Under the pieces are notes generated by a model. The model ran no database searches. It was given only the letters and a program-made list of their open reading frames with translations, and had not been told where the DNA came from. A stretch of 64,000 bases of DNA from Candidatus Latescibacterota bacterium (lineage in GTDB: Bacteria; Latescibacterota; UBA2968; UBA8231): positions 32,001 to 96,000 of the forward strand of contig OZ241867.1 of NCBI GenBank assembly GCA_965203175.1, read 5' to 3'. Position 1 is the first letter of the stretch. Every line of letters begins with the position of its first letter. Shown piece by piece: positions 10,079 through 20,107 of this stretch. The position numbers were made by a program, and so were the translations under genes.

Positions 10079-12145
10079 TTATTTCCCAAGGATAGGAAGC
10101 TCTACAATGATTACCGCCCCGCCGAGCTCTCCCCTCTCTGTGGCGTCCACTTCCCCACCTAAATCCTTGACTGCATCTCGGACGATCGTAAGCCCAAGGC
10201 CGGTCCCGTTCTTGCGAGTGGTGCGTCCTGGAAGCCAGATATCAGTCTTCCGTATACCCTGGATGCCCGGTCCATTATCGTGGACTGTTAGGGTCCAACG
10301 ATCCTGTGAAATCGACGTCGAAATACTGATAACCCTGTCACGTGTGCCTCCACTTTCAAAAGCCGCTAAGCTGTTGTTCAGGAGATTTGTGACGATAGAC
10401 TCGATAGCGGCATCACTCCCCCTCAAGTAGGGATTCCCTGCATAGAAATCCGTCTGCACTGTAACATCCCTGCCTTTAAGAAACGGATCATAGGTATCCA
10501 ATACCTCCTGCAATAGCTCGTGGAGATCGACACGAGAAACCCTCCGCTTTTCATGGTCAACTAGTTTAAGAGTTGCTGTCCCCAATACAGCCAGGCTCCG
10601 CACCGCTCGCCTAATACCATCAACGGGCTTCTGAAGGAATTTGCTATAGTCGTCTTTGAGCAGCTTCCGGGCCCGCCGAGCAATGGCTTCGACTGACTGC
10701 GAAACCACCTTGACTGGGTTCCCACTTGATTCGTGGGCAAACGTGACGGCTGTAATCCCAGCGGTGCTAAGGGTTCTGTATAGTTGTATCTCTTTTTGAA
10801 GAAGATCAACTTCGCGGTCCCGTGCAGATTCGTAAGTGGCGAATGCCTGCCGAATGGCTTTGTGTGACTTGGACGGCGCTTTGGCGATCGCAGCCTCTAC
10901 GCCTCGTCTTGCCGTGTCTACTCGCCTCGGAGCTGACGTCCGCTTCCGGGAGCGCCGCTTCTCCGCCTCCTCCATCCTCCGATTGGCCATCCATTCCATA
11001 GCGTCTTGGGCGAACAGACGGAGCTCGATGAAGGATTCATCCTCGATAAACCCTGATCGGTCTGTCTTCTGGACGAGTCTTCCACGCCTGTCGGTGACAT
11101 CTATACGTCCTATTGAGGTGTTAGTCCCGGGTCTCTCCTCTGGACTTCGTACACGTCGGAGGTTCATCTCCAACCAATCATCGCCGGGATTGCCGTATGG
11201 GCTTACTCGCAGGCCATTATAATAGAAGTGGACTCCACCGAATTCGCGCAGCCATTCCTGTACTTCTCTAACACTCGACCTTCTGGTGGAAAAGGTCTCC
11301 TTATTGAGTATAAAAACCCACAAATCGAAGGTTGCAGGCGGACTTTTGTAGGCCTTCCCGTCTCTATGTACTGAGACATCTTCGTGACTCGCGACGTGAA
11401 GCCCTTGTCCCTTCCAGTCCACAATGTGCGCACTCGCTTGTCCATTTTTGTCGATTTCCGCCCGCAGATGATACTCCGCGTCTTGGAAATACCGACTACG
11501 CACGAGAGCTTCTATATCTTCGTACTCTGGAGCCACTAACTCCGGACGGAATCCTTCTGGATCAGCCCCGAACGGATCGGCGAGCAGAATTAGTTCTCGG
11601 GCCAACCTTTTCACGTCCGTCCGACTAAAGCCAGTTCTTAATTCTTCAATCCGGATTTCGGTTCCGGATTGGGTCCCCTTTTTCCTCCTTGCAGTCTCCA
11701 CGCTCAGTTCTACATCATCGACGAGATCGGCCGTATCGAACTCTTCCCAATCTATGAGCAGATTATGCTCAGTAGTCTTCTCTTTCCGTGGTAAGGTCGT
11801 CATGAGCGCTCGCTTGCCCATTCGCAGGGCGGCGAGTCTCCCAAGACCCTTACTGCCTGCTGGTATCCTTCCAAGACGTGTCTTTCGCTGCTGTGTCTTT
11901 GTTGATTTACCTAGCACCAGCCACCCGTTGGTAATATCATCAGTCGTCATTCCATTGCCATTATCCTTGACGATAACCACTCCCCCTGCTGCGTCGGTGC
12001 TTTGCAGTTCAACCGTGCATTTAGTGGCATCTGCATCGTACGCGTTCTTGACAAGCTCAAGCACCCCCTTGTCCAAGCTGGGATTTAACTCCTCGCCCAA
12101 GCGCTTGAGTATCTCAGTTGAGAATCGAATCCGTGCTGTACTCAT
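10079..12145 (-). CDS. MORC/MutL-like GHKL ATPase fused to histidine kinase
   Basis: N-terminal GHKL motifs ELVKNAYDA, DNGNGM, GSKGLGRLA, GTEIRI; C-terminal H-box FAHE, N-box NLLNNS, G1 DNGPGI, G2 GTGLGL. Confidence 0.9.
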   Translation of the reverse strand: MSTARIRFSTEILKRLGEELNPSLDKGVLELVKNAYDADATKCTVELQSTDAAGGVVIVKDNGNGMTTDDITNGWLVLGKSTKTQQRKTRLGRIPAGSKGLGRLAALRMGKRALMTTLPRKEKTTEHNLLIDWEEFDTADLVDDVELSVETARRKKGTQSGTEIRIEELRTGFSRTDVKRLARELILLADPFGADPEGFRPELVAPEYEDIEALVRSRYFQDAEYHLRAEIDKNGQASAHIVDWKGQGLHVASHEDVSVHRDGKAYKSPPATFDLWVFILNKETFSTRRSSVREVQEWLREFGGVHFYYNGLRVSPYGNPGDDWLEMNLRRVRSPEERPGTNTSIGRIDVTDRRGRLVQKTDRSGFIEDESFIELRLFAQDAMEWMANRRMEEAEKRRSRKRTSAPRRVDTARRGVEAAIAKAPSKSHKAIRQAFATYESARDREVDLLQKEIQLYRTLSTAGITAVTFAHESSGNPVKVVSQSVEAIARRARKLLKDDYSKFLQKPVDGIRRAVRSLAVLGTATLKLVDHEKRRVSRVDLHELLQEVLDTYDPFLKGRDVTVQTDFYAGNPYLRGSDAAIESIVTNLLNNSLAAFESGGTRDRVISISTSISQDRWTLTVHDNGPGIQGIRKTDIWLPGRTTRKNGTGLGLTIVRDAVKDLGGEVDATERGELGGAVIIVELPILGK

Positions 12146-13434
12146 GGCTTATACCACCATGGCATCTCAGCTAAAACTGAGGTCGTTAAGTGCCTACAGC
12201 GAAGTCGTCTGTTAAGCCAATTGTCCGTTTTGCTAGACTGAAGGCGTGTTATCAAAGCTCGACAGGTGTCCTCAGTTCCATCTTTCGGTAGCAACACCAT
12301 CAGATGGTTTTCTACGGCTACGGCACCTTTACCAAGTACCAGTGTGGCTATCGCACGCTTTCCGCCGTCCGGTCTTGATGTTCTCCTGATAGCTACGAAT
12401 GGCGGTTCAAAGAGACGCCCGGTAAATTTTCGCTTCTCCACGATCCGCTTTTGTTCCCCCCACGCGGGTAAAGAACGTGCGTGGATGTATCGGACTTCTG
12501 GACCTACTTCCTCGTGGCGATGTGGCACCACAGGTCCCACATGAACTGCAAATCGTCTGCCAACACCTCCGGGTTTTGTATCACTGATTGAGCCCCCTGC
12601 CTTGCCTCCCTTCTGCTCCCCAGTCTTCAGGAGGTCGAGGAGGTACACATCAACGTCAGCCCATCGGTCAAACAGACCGAGCGAGCGTTCTCCACGAATC
12701 GAACCCAAAGTGCTGATCATGTTGCGCCAGCGTCCGTAACGACTCCCTGATCGAAGTACATCCGGCAGGATTGCGACAATCCTAGTGCCCTCTTGAGAAT
12801 CTTGTATTACCCTCTCTACGAACATTGCCGCAGCACTGATCCGACCCCGCGCCCATTCGCATTCATCAGGAGCACGAGTGTAGCCGAACGGCGGATTCAT
12901 GATTACAACATCGGTACGATACGAAGGTTGCGAATAAGATAGGAAGTCGGCCTCAACTATCTTCGGAAACGTGCGATCAAGCACTATACTCTCGTCACTG
13001 AGACTGACTCTACAACGCTTTGAAGCCAGCAATGCGAGTCTGGCCTTCGCCAAACGGACGAAATCCGAGGAGATGTCGCAGCCGGCTAGGCATCGTCCCC
13101 AATGGTCGAGGGTTCCCCTAAACGTGTTGGCAATTGGTAGTTTCTTCGCCACAGCAAGTAGGAGGTCGCCTGCACCGCACGTTGGGTCGAGATAGACCTG
13201 TTCGTAGTCCGCACCAACGTCAAGTACCTTTGCTAGCCGCGTGGCCATCTTGGTACTGGTAAAATAGGCACCCTGCTCCCTCAACCGTGGATGCTCCTCT
13301 TCTCGGCGGAGCATTTCTCCAGGCTCACCGTCTAGACACATTGTCAGCTTCCGCTGCCACTCGACAGGACTAAGAGTCTTTCGTCCCTGAGCTAGCTGCT
13401 CAAGCTCGTCAACGTATCGGCGAAATTGTTCCAA
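12142..13434 (-). CDS. N6-adenine DNA methyltransferase (gamma class, TaqI/Eco57I-like)
   Basis: GAYFT, motif I DPTCGAGDLL, motif IV NPPF, followed by a probable target-recognition domain; TTG start with an in-frame TAG a few codons upstream. Confidence 0.88.
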   Translation of the reverse strand: MEQFRRYVDELEQLAQGRKTLSPVEWQRKLTMCLDGEPGEMLRREEEHPRLREQGAYFTSTKMATRLAKVLDVGADYEQVYLDPTCGAGDLLLAVAKKLPIANTFRGTLDHWGRCLAGCDISSDFVRLAKARLALLASKRCRVSLSDESIVLDRTFPKIVEADFLSYSQPSYRTDVVIMNPPFGYTRAPDECEWARGRISAAAMFVERVIQDSQEGTRIVAILPDVLRSGSRYGRWRNMISTLGSIRGERSLGLFDRWADVDVYLLDLLKTGEQKGGKAGGSISDTKPGGVGRRFAVHVGPVVPHRHEEVGPEVRYIHARSLPAWGEQKRIVEKRKFTGRLFEPPFVAIRRTSRPDGGKRAIATLVLGKGAVAVENHLMVLLPKDGTEDTCRALITRLQSSKTDNWLNRRLRCRHLTTSVLAEMPWWYKP

Positions 13435-13750
13435 TGTATTAGTCCGGAGCTACCACACTCAGGTTTAGATACTCAAAGGATACGACTAAAAGGGCACCTA
13501 CTTGAAATCGACAAGTTTCGACCTACATGTTCTCGTAATTCTTTGTTCAACAGTATGTTAGAGTTGGAAATGGTTGCAATCGTGAACCCACTGATTTCAT
13601 CTTTGTTTACGAAGGTACCTTCGCACTCCACAAGCCGCAAGGCATTTCGCCTGCCGTTCGATTTCTTGGAACAATTCCCTCCTATACGGCTCGCGCCAAG
13701 ACTCAGTAAGACCGTCGGATTTTGCGTCTCCCGACCAGCACAAAACGCAA

Positions 13751-14431
13751 TTACGCCAGTTGCTCGTCAGAAGCAATCCGACCGTCGTGGATGCGGATCA
13801 GCCGCTCGGCCTGTAGGGCAATAACGGGGTCGTGGGTCACCAACAGCACGGTATTGCCCTCTTCGTGCAGGGCGTCAAAAAGAAGCATGATCTCCTCGCC
13901 GGTGCTAGAGTCGAGATTGCCGGTCGGCTCGTCGGCCAACAGCAGCGACGGCCCGTTGGCCAAGGCGCGGGCAATGGCCACCCGCTGACATTGCCCGCCG
14001 GACAGCTCGGCCGGACGGTGCGTCATGCGGTGGGCCAAACCAACCCGCTCCAGCGCCTGAATCGCCCGGGCGCGGCGCACCTTGCGGCGCTGGCCATTGT
14101 AAATCAGCGGCAGCTCGACGTTTTGCAAAGCCGACGCGCGCGGCAGCAAGTTGAAGGTCTGGAAAATGAAGCCAACGCGGCTGTTGCGCACTTCGGCCAA
14201 CTCGTTGGCATTCATGCCCGACACATCCGTACCGGCCAAGCGGTACGTCCCATCCGTGGGCGAGTCCAAGCAGCCTAAGATATTCATCAGCGTGGATTTG
14301 CCCGAGCCAGAAGGCCCCATTAGCGAGACGTATTCGTTGTCCTTAATCGCCAAATCCACCGACCGCAGGGCGTGCACCTCTTCGGTGCCGCGCACGTAAA
14401 CCTTGCTAATGCCATTCAGTTCGATCAGCAC
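13751..14431 (-). CDS. ABC transporter ATP-binding protein (MacB/LolD-like)
   Basis: [32 protein letters not shown]; start trimmed to GTG 14431. Confidence 0.95.
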   Translation of the reverse strand: MLIELNGISKVYVRGTEEVHALRSVDLAIKDNEYVSLMGPSGSGKSTLMNILGCLDSPTDGTYRLAGTDVSGMNANELAEVRNSRVGFIFQTFNLLPRASALQNVELPLIYNGQRRKVRRARAIQALERVGLAHRMTHRPAELSGGQCQRVAIARALANGPSLLLADEPTGNLDSSTGEEIMLLFDALHEEGNTVLLVTHDPVIALQAERLIRIHDGRIASDEQLA

Positions 14432-14435
14432 GAGA

Positions 14436-15659
14436 TCACTCCGAGCGCAACGCATCCACCGGATCGAGCCGCGAGGCGCGGGCCGCCGGATAGATGCCAA
14501 AGAAAAGACCAATCGCAATAGACAAGGCCAGCACGAACAGCGTGGCCTCCGGCGAGACAATGCTGGGAAAGTTCAACTCGCTGTAATGGGAAATGACGCG
14601 CGCAATACCCTCGCCCAACCCATAGCCCGCAGCCACCCCGAGCGCGCCCCCCGTCAAGCTCAGGGCCATCGCCTCGATCACGAATTGCCACAGCAGCGTC
14701 ACGGGCTTGGCACCGAGGGCCTTGCGAATGCCAATCTCGCGGGTGCGCTCGGCCACCGACACCAGCAGGATGTTCATAATGCCAATGCCGCCAACCAACA
14801 GCGAAATCCCCGCAATCCCCCCCACGACCAGCTTCAAGAGCAAGATGATCTGCTCTACCTGCTCTAGGATGCTGCGGCCGCTGATGATCTGATAGTTAGC
14901 CTCCGGGCCGTGGCGCTTTTTGAGTGCCTTTTCAATGGCCTCGGTAATGTGGGGCACGTCTTCTTGCTCTTTGGCGTGGGCTACCATGGCTTGGATGTAC
15001 TTGTTGCCAGCGAGGCGTCGCTGGGCCGTCGTCACCGGCACCAGCACTTGATCGCCCCAGTTCTCGCCAAAGGTCTGGCGATCCTCCATGAGGCCGACGA
15101 CCGTAAAGCGCTGGCCGTTGAGCTTGAGCTCTCGGCCCAAGAAGGGAGCCAAGCCAAACACCTCCTCGCGCACCTCTTGCCCAATCACGCAGACCCGGCG
15201 CAGCTTGTCCAAGTCGGCGTTGATCAGGAAGCGGCCCTCGGCGACCTCCCAGTCGTACACCTCGGCGAACTCGGGCAAGGTCCCGGCCGCAATACCCTGG
15301 TAGCTGGCCTTGCGATAGCGCAGATTGGCCCCATGCGACATAGAGGGCAGAACCGCCGCCAAGCGATCAGAGGATTGCTTGACTACGGACAGGTCGTCCA
15401 TGGTCAAGGGCTTGAAGTGGGGGTCGGGCACCCAGCGACCGTCCTTGAGCTGCCTGTATTGCGGCGAGACCATTACAAACTGCGCCCCACCTAACTTGCC
15501 GAACTCGTCGATGACAAACTGCCGCATCCCCTCGCCAATGGACACGATACCGACGACCGCGCCGACCCCGATCATCATGCCCAACAAGGTCAGCGCCGTG
15601 CGCAGCTTGTTGACCCATATTTGCCCGAGGGCAATGCGGATGGATTCGAGGAAGATCAC
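14436..15659 (-). CDS. ABC transporter permease (MacB/FtsX family)
   Basis: [49 protein letters not shown]. Confidence 0.95.
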   Translation of the reverse strand: MIFLESIRIALGQIWVNKLRTALTLLGMMIGVGAVVGIVSIGEGMRQFVIDEFGKLGGAQFVMVSPQYRQLKDGRWVPDPHFKPLTMDDLSVVKQSSDRLAAVLPSMSHGANLRYRKASYQGIAAGTLPEFAEVYDWEVAEGRFLINADLDKLRRVCVIGQEVREEVFGLAPFLGRELKLNGQRFTVVGLMEDRQTFGENWGDQVLVPVTTAQRRLAGNKYIQAMVAHAKEQEDVPHITEAIEKALKKRHGPEANYQIISGRSILEQVEQIILLLKLVVGGIAGISLLVGGIGIMNILLVSVAERTREIGIRKALGAKPVTLLWQFVIEAMALSLTGGALGVAAGYGLGEGIARVISHYSELNFPSIVSPEATLFVLALSIAIGLFFGIYPAARASRLDPVDALRSE

Positions 15660-16885
15660 GTGCGACGCAGCGCTTCTACCGGATCGAGCCGGGCAGCGCG
15701 AAAGGCGGGATAGACGCCGAAGAAAATGCCGACCGCCGATGAAAAGCCGACGGCCCAGAGCACGGACTCAGCCGAGACAATGCTGGTAAAGGGCGCGCCG
15801 GGCGCGAGCTGCTGAATGACAAAGGCCGCCCCCAAACCCAAACCCAAGCCAGTGAGGATGCCTAACAGGCCGCCGACCATGCTCAAGACCACGGACTCGG
15901 CGAGGAACTGGCCGAGGATGTGGCGCGGCTTGGCACCGAGGGCCTTGCGGATGCCAATCTCGCGGGTGCGCTCGGCCACCGACACCAGCAGGATGTTCAT
16001 AATGCCAATGCCCCCCACCAAAAGCGAAATCCCCGCAATCCCACCGCCCACCTGTTGCAGGACGCGGAAGAACTCATTGGCATCGTCTATATCTCCTTGG
16101 CTAGTCTCGATCCTGAACTCGTCGCCGTGCTCGTGATGCCGCCGGAGGACGCGGCGCACCGCAGCAACGACCCGCTCGACGGCATCCAAATCCTCGACAA
16201 AGAGCGTGAGTTCCGAAAAGTGATCCTCTCCTCGCAGCCGCTTTTGAGCCGTGGTGTACGGAACCAACACGATATCGCCCTCACTGCGGCCAAAGCGGAC
16301 GCGCTCGTCGAGCACGCCAACGACCACGTAGCGGTCGCCGTTGAGCAGGATCTCCTTGCCCAGCGGGTTGGCCCCCTGAAAGAGGCTCCCATATACATCG
16401 TTGCCGAGCAAGCAGACCTTGCGGGCGAGGCGCAAGTCGTCCTCGTTCAGCGGTCGGCCGCCGAGAACGGGCCAGTTGAAGCCCTCGTTGAATGCAGCGG
16501 ATGTACCTCTATAGCTCGCATCCACGGTGGTTTTGCCGCGCTGTAGCGCGGCGCTACCGCGAATCTGGGGCACGAGCGCGTGCAGCCCGTCGATTTCCCG
16601 CTGCATGGCCGCCATGTCGGCCTCGGTCAGGTACTCCTCCCAAGGGCGGCGCACCCAGCGGCCATCCTTGCGCACCCACTGGCGCGGCGGCTCCACCTCG
16701 ATCATGCCCGCCCCGCCGCTGAAGACAAACTGCGAGATCACTTCGCGGCGCAATCCCTCCCCAAGCGACACCACTGCAATAATGGCCGCTACGCCAATGA
16801 CAATGCCCAACAGCGTCAGCAGCGAGCGCAGTTTGTGTGCCCGGAGCTGACCCAATCCGGCGAAGAGGGGTTCGAGCAAGGTCAT
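15656..16885 (-). CDS. ABC transporter permease (MacB/FtsX family), second paralog
   Basis: Same MacB-type motifs; the [14 protein letters not shown]-coding DNA is near-identical to the neighbouring paralog. Confidence 0.95.
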   Translation of the reverse strand: MTLLEPLFAGLGQLRAHKLRSLLTLLGIVIGVAAIIAVVSLGEGLRREVISQFVFSGGAGMIEVEPPRQWVRKDGRWVRRPWEEYLTEADMAAMQREIDGLHALVPQIRGSAALQRGKTTVDASYRGTSAAFNEGFNWPVLGGRPLNEDDLRLARKVCLLGNDVYGSLFQGANPLGKEILLNGDRYVVVGVLDERVRFGRSEGDIVLVPYTTAQKRLRGEDHFSELTLFVEDLDAVERVVAAVRRVLRRHHEHGDEFRIETSQGDIDDANEFFRVLQQVGGGIAGISLLVGGIGIMNILLVSVAERTREIGIRKALGAKPRHILGQFLAESVVLSMVGGLLGILTGLGLGLGAAFVIQQLAPGAPFTSIVSAESVLWAVGFSSAVGIFFGVYPAFRAARLDPVEALRRT

Positions 16886-18201
16886 TAGTCCTCTTCGTCT
16901 TCCTCCTCGTCCTTCTCCTCGTCCTTTTGCTCCAGTTTGCTGCGAATGAGGCTTGGGTCTTCGGCGACGCGGTCGCCGCTGGCGAGGCCGGAGAGGATTT
17001 CGAGACGGGTTGAGGTCTCAATGCCGATGGCCAATTCCACCTCTGCGAAAGCACTCAGCGGCATTTGCAGCACGCTGTCTAGGCGCGTGCTGTCCGAGCG
17101 CGTACTGTCCGAGTGCGTGCTGTCTGAAGCGGCGGCTAGCGAATCCGGCGACTGGGCGATATACGCGACAAAGCGACCGCGCGTACCCGCGCCGCGCTCG
17201 TCTTCTTCGTCCTCGTCGTCAAAGACCTCCAGCGCCCGCTCGACCGGCAGGTACACCGCGCTGTCGCGGCGCGCAAAGAGAATGTCGATATCGCAGGACA
17301 TGCCCTGGCGCAGACGCGGCGCGTTGTCGGTAATCTCGATCTCCGTGTCAAAGGTGACGATGGTGCTGCCCTGCTTCTGCTGGCCCACGGGCGCAATCCA
17401 GCGCACCCGGCCGCGATACGTGGTGTCGGGATACGCATCCACGATAATGTCCACGTCTTGGTCGATCTCCACCCGGCCAATGTCGATTTCCGCGATGTCG
17501 CCGCGCACGATCATCTGGCTGGGATCGCCGATCTCAAAGAGCATCGTCCCGCCGGAATACGACGAGAGCCCAGAGGACACCACCTCGCCGATTTCCACGT
17601 TGCGGCGGATGACAATGCCGTCAATCGGGGCGAGGACGCGCATCTCGTCGAGCGAGACTTGATCTTCTGAGAGTTGGGTGCGCTGTAGGTTGGCCTTGGC
17701 TTCGAGCATGTCGAGTTCGAGCTGGGCCAAGCGCAGAACAGTGCGCGCGCGCGTCAGGCGCACCTCGGCTTCCTCAAACTGCTTGGCCGGTATCATCTTG
17801 CTGTCGAAGAGGGCCTTCTGACGCTCGAAGTTCCGCTCCTGTTCCGCCAAATCGATCTTGCCCTGCTCCACGCTCGAGCGCTTCTGATACAATTGCAGCG
17901 ATTGATTGGGATCTGGCTCGATGACGGCCATCAGCTCACCGGTCTCCACCCACGCGCCGGCCTCAATGGGCAAGTCGCGGATTTCGCCGGCAATCGTCGA
18001 TTTGACCTCCACGGTCCGCACCAACTCGATGCGGCCTGTTTCGGCCAGCTTATCGACGACCGCGCCTCGCTCGACGAGCGCCGTGGGATATGTTTCTTCG
18101 GCCTTTTCCCGCCGCAAGTTGAAATAGACCGCGGCTCCGACCGAGCCGACCAAGAGCAAGAAGACGAGGAACTTTAGAAGACGGCGCTTCTTGGTTGCCA
18201 C
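16885..18201 (-). CDS. Efflux RND/MacA-type periplasmic adaptor subunit
   Basis: N-terminal TM, lipoyl halves (VKSTIAGEI, APIDGIV), coiled coil, beta-barrel, acidic tail; GTG 18201 after GAG. Confidence 0.92.
   Translation of the reverse strand: MATKKRRLLKFLVFLLLVGSVGAAVYFNLRREKAEETYPTALVERGAVVDKLAETGRIELVRTVEVKSTIAGEIRDLPIEAGAWVETGELMAVIEPDPNQSLQLYQKRSSVEQGKIDLAEQERNFERQKALFDSKMIPAKQFEEAEVRLTRARTVLRLAQLELDMLEAKANLQRTQLSEDQVSLDEMRVLAPIDGIVIRRNVEIGEVVSSGLSSYSGGTMLFEIGDPSQMIVRGDIAEIDIGRVEIDQDVDIIVDAYPDTTYRGRVRWIAPVGQQKQGSTIVTFDTEIEITDNAPRLRQGMSCDIDILFARRDSAVYLPVERALEVFDDEDEEDERGAGTRGRFVAYIAQSPDSLAAASDSTHSDSTRSDSTRLDSVLQMPLSAFAEVELAIGIETSTRLEILSGLASGDRVAEDPSLIRSKLEQKDEEKDEEEDEED
17071..17146 (-). 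repeat. Imperfect 15-bp coding tandem repeat (DSL...SDSTH-SDSTR-SDSTR-LDSV)
   Basis: Plus strand repeats cgtgctgtccgagcg / cgtactgtccgagtg / cgtgctgtctgaagc. Confidence 0.8.
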
Positions 18202-18202
18202 C

Positions 18203-18886
18203 TCAACCTCCGGGGTTGAGGGTGCTGAAGAACGCACCGATGGCGAGGAAGATCAGCGTGATAGCCGCAACGCCCGCATAGGCACGGCTGCGCTCTATCT
18301 GACCGAGGATAGACAACCCGAGGCCGGCGATGACGACCATCCAGACGACAAAGGGATCGATGGAACTCAATAAAGCTCCCCCGAAACTTTTTTGGGCTTC
18401 CTCGGAAAGGAACATCCCCAGCCCTATTTGCACATTCATCGTCTCATTGGCTAAGACCAGCGGAGTCTTGACAACATGCTGGAGAATGGCAATCAGCGAG
18501 GTGTACGCGACGATGGCCAAGCACTGGCTATAGCCGAGCAGGCCGCCGAGTAATTTGCCTACTAAGAGGTATATCGCAGCACCAACAAAGAGCATGACAA
18601 ACGTCATAACCGGTGCGGCAATCAGCGTACTGATCAGGATGGCGTCTTTAGCGCCTTCCATTTCACCGCTTTGTTCTTGCTGCGGCATCTGTTCCATCGC
18701 CTCAGCCACGTAGATCGGCGAGGTTACATACGTGGAGAAGAAGACTACCATTGCCACTACAATGGTCGGCACCAGCCAGTCGGCGACACTGCGCTGCTTG
18801 CTTACGGCCTCAAAGGTCTCGGATGGAGCGTAGAAGACGCGCAACATGCGGCCTGCAACGCTCATTTCTGCTTGGGGAGCTTCCAT
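18203..18886 (-). CDS. Yip1 family membrane protein
   Basis: 'VFYAPSETF' N-terminal motif, about five TM helices, context next to a MacAB exporter. Confidence 0.85.
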   Translation of the reverse strand: MEAPQAEMSVAGRMLRVFYAPSETFEAVSKQRSVADWLVPTIVVAMVVFFSTYVTSPIYVAEAMEQMPQQEQSGEMEGAKDAILISTLIAAPVMTFVMLFVGAAIYLLVGKLLGGLLGYSQCLAIVAYTSLIAILQHVVKTPLVLANETMNVQIGLGMFLSEEAQKSFGGALLSSIDPFVVWMVVIAGLGLSILGQIERSRAYAGVAAITLIFLAIGAFFSTLNPGG

Positions 18887-19010
18887 GGCGGTTCCTTTGT
18901 GGGGGTGAAGGTTTTTCGCCGCTAGCGGCGAAGGCTCCGTTCATAGAAGCAAACTAACGATTGCCCATCACAGTTCCAAGCCGAGTCTCAGAGGACCGTC
19001 AACGAATCCG

Positions 19011-20000
19011 CTACAGCCACTGCAATAAAAACCGAGCCTGTGTCTCCTCTAGACTTAGCAGACCCTGGACGTACTCGCGGATTCGCTTCAGCATGGCTGC
19101 CGGGTCGTTGTACGCTCCCTTGAAGAACAAGTCGCAGGTCACTTCCCAACGCCGGCCTATATCCCCAAAGGCATCGGCCGCAGCCGACAGGGCACCCAAG
19201 CCGGTTGCCGCCGCCAGCCGCCGCAAATTGTCGTCCAGCCGCTGGCGCTGCGGGCCGAGTAGGGCCAGCTGACAGAACACCTCCCGCATCCAAACGCTCA
19301 TACTCTCTTCGTCCTGTTCAATCTGACGCTCCATCTCCTCGACAAAGCGCTGCGCGGCCGGCAAGCCCGTCTCTACTCGGCCGACCTTGTTGCCCGCGAG
19401 CATCTCCCGCACATCCTCCAAGAGGACCTGCTCCATTTTCTCAACTGGATAGGGGTCGAGACCCTCTGGCACTGCGTAGTCGTACACCACCAGTTCGGGC
19501 AACATCTCGGGCAGACGAGAAAGCGGTACCTGCCCCACAAAGCCCTGCGGATTAACCAAAATCGTCAACTTATCCGTCGCTTGATCGTATCCATAGATGA
19601 GCATGGCCTCGCTGGCACCGGGTGTGCGATTGTATTGAAAGGCCGCATCGCTCACATCGCGGGCATCCACCCAAGCGAGCAGCACTCGGTCTGCGGCAAT
19701 CGACTCCTCAATCGCCTGCCACAAATCGGCAAAATTGTCGCGGCGCACCTCGCGGCGCTCAATTCCATAGAGATAGTACAAGTTGCGGTGGATCAACTCA
19801 TTGGCCGGTAGGCCAACTGGCATTCTCTCCTCGGCGTCAAAAAAGAACGACCAGCCCATCAAAGCCCCGTAGTACGCTCGCTCGTCGGCCAGTTGGGGAC
19901 TGTAGTATTGAAGCGCGGCCATAATAGTCTCCCCAGAGGCAAATAACGTGGGATGCCCTTCGACTCGGTATAGATCGACAGGGCGGCGTACCTTTTTCAC
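19011..20000 (-). CDS. BtrH-like protein (BtrH_N/DUF4872 architecture), probably catalytically inactive
   Basis: Papain/C39-like pattern 'LAWVD...MLIYGYD' and helical C-terminus 'TGLPAAQRF...R...AADAF..IGRRW'; GAGGA RBS before GTG. Confidence 0.6.
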   Translation of the reverse strand: MKKVRRPVDLYRVEGHPTLFASGETIMAALQYYSPQLADERAYYGALMGWSFFFDAEERMPVGLPANELIHRNLYYLYGIERREVRRDNFADLWQAIEESIAADRVLLAWVDARDVSDAAFQYNRTPGASEAMLIYGYDQATDKLTILVNPQGFVGQVPLSRLPEMLPELVVYDYAVPEGLDPYPVEKMEQVLLEDVREMLAGNKVGRVETGLPAAQRFVEEMERQIEQDEESMSVWMREVFCQLALLGPQRQRLDDNLRRLAAATGLGALSAAADAFGDIGRRWEVTCDLFFKGAYNDPAAMLKRIREYVQGLLSLEETQARFLLQWL

Positions 20001-20107
20001 GGTATCCTCAATTGGTTAGAAGGTGAGTTGCCGAAGTCAGAGCAAGGCGCACGTACAGAGTGGTCTAAAAAGGACTTCTGCTCTAAACAGCGGATGGGAT
20101 GATAATG

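Noticed and set aside
13426-13824. 132-aa plus-strand ORF at the island's right edge, considered as a controller (C) protein
   Set aside because: No HTH or other motif, overlaps both neighbours, no clear RBS; more likely promoter DNA.
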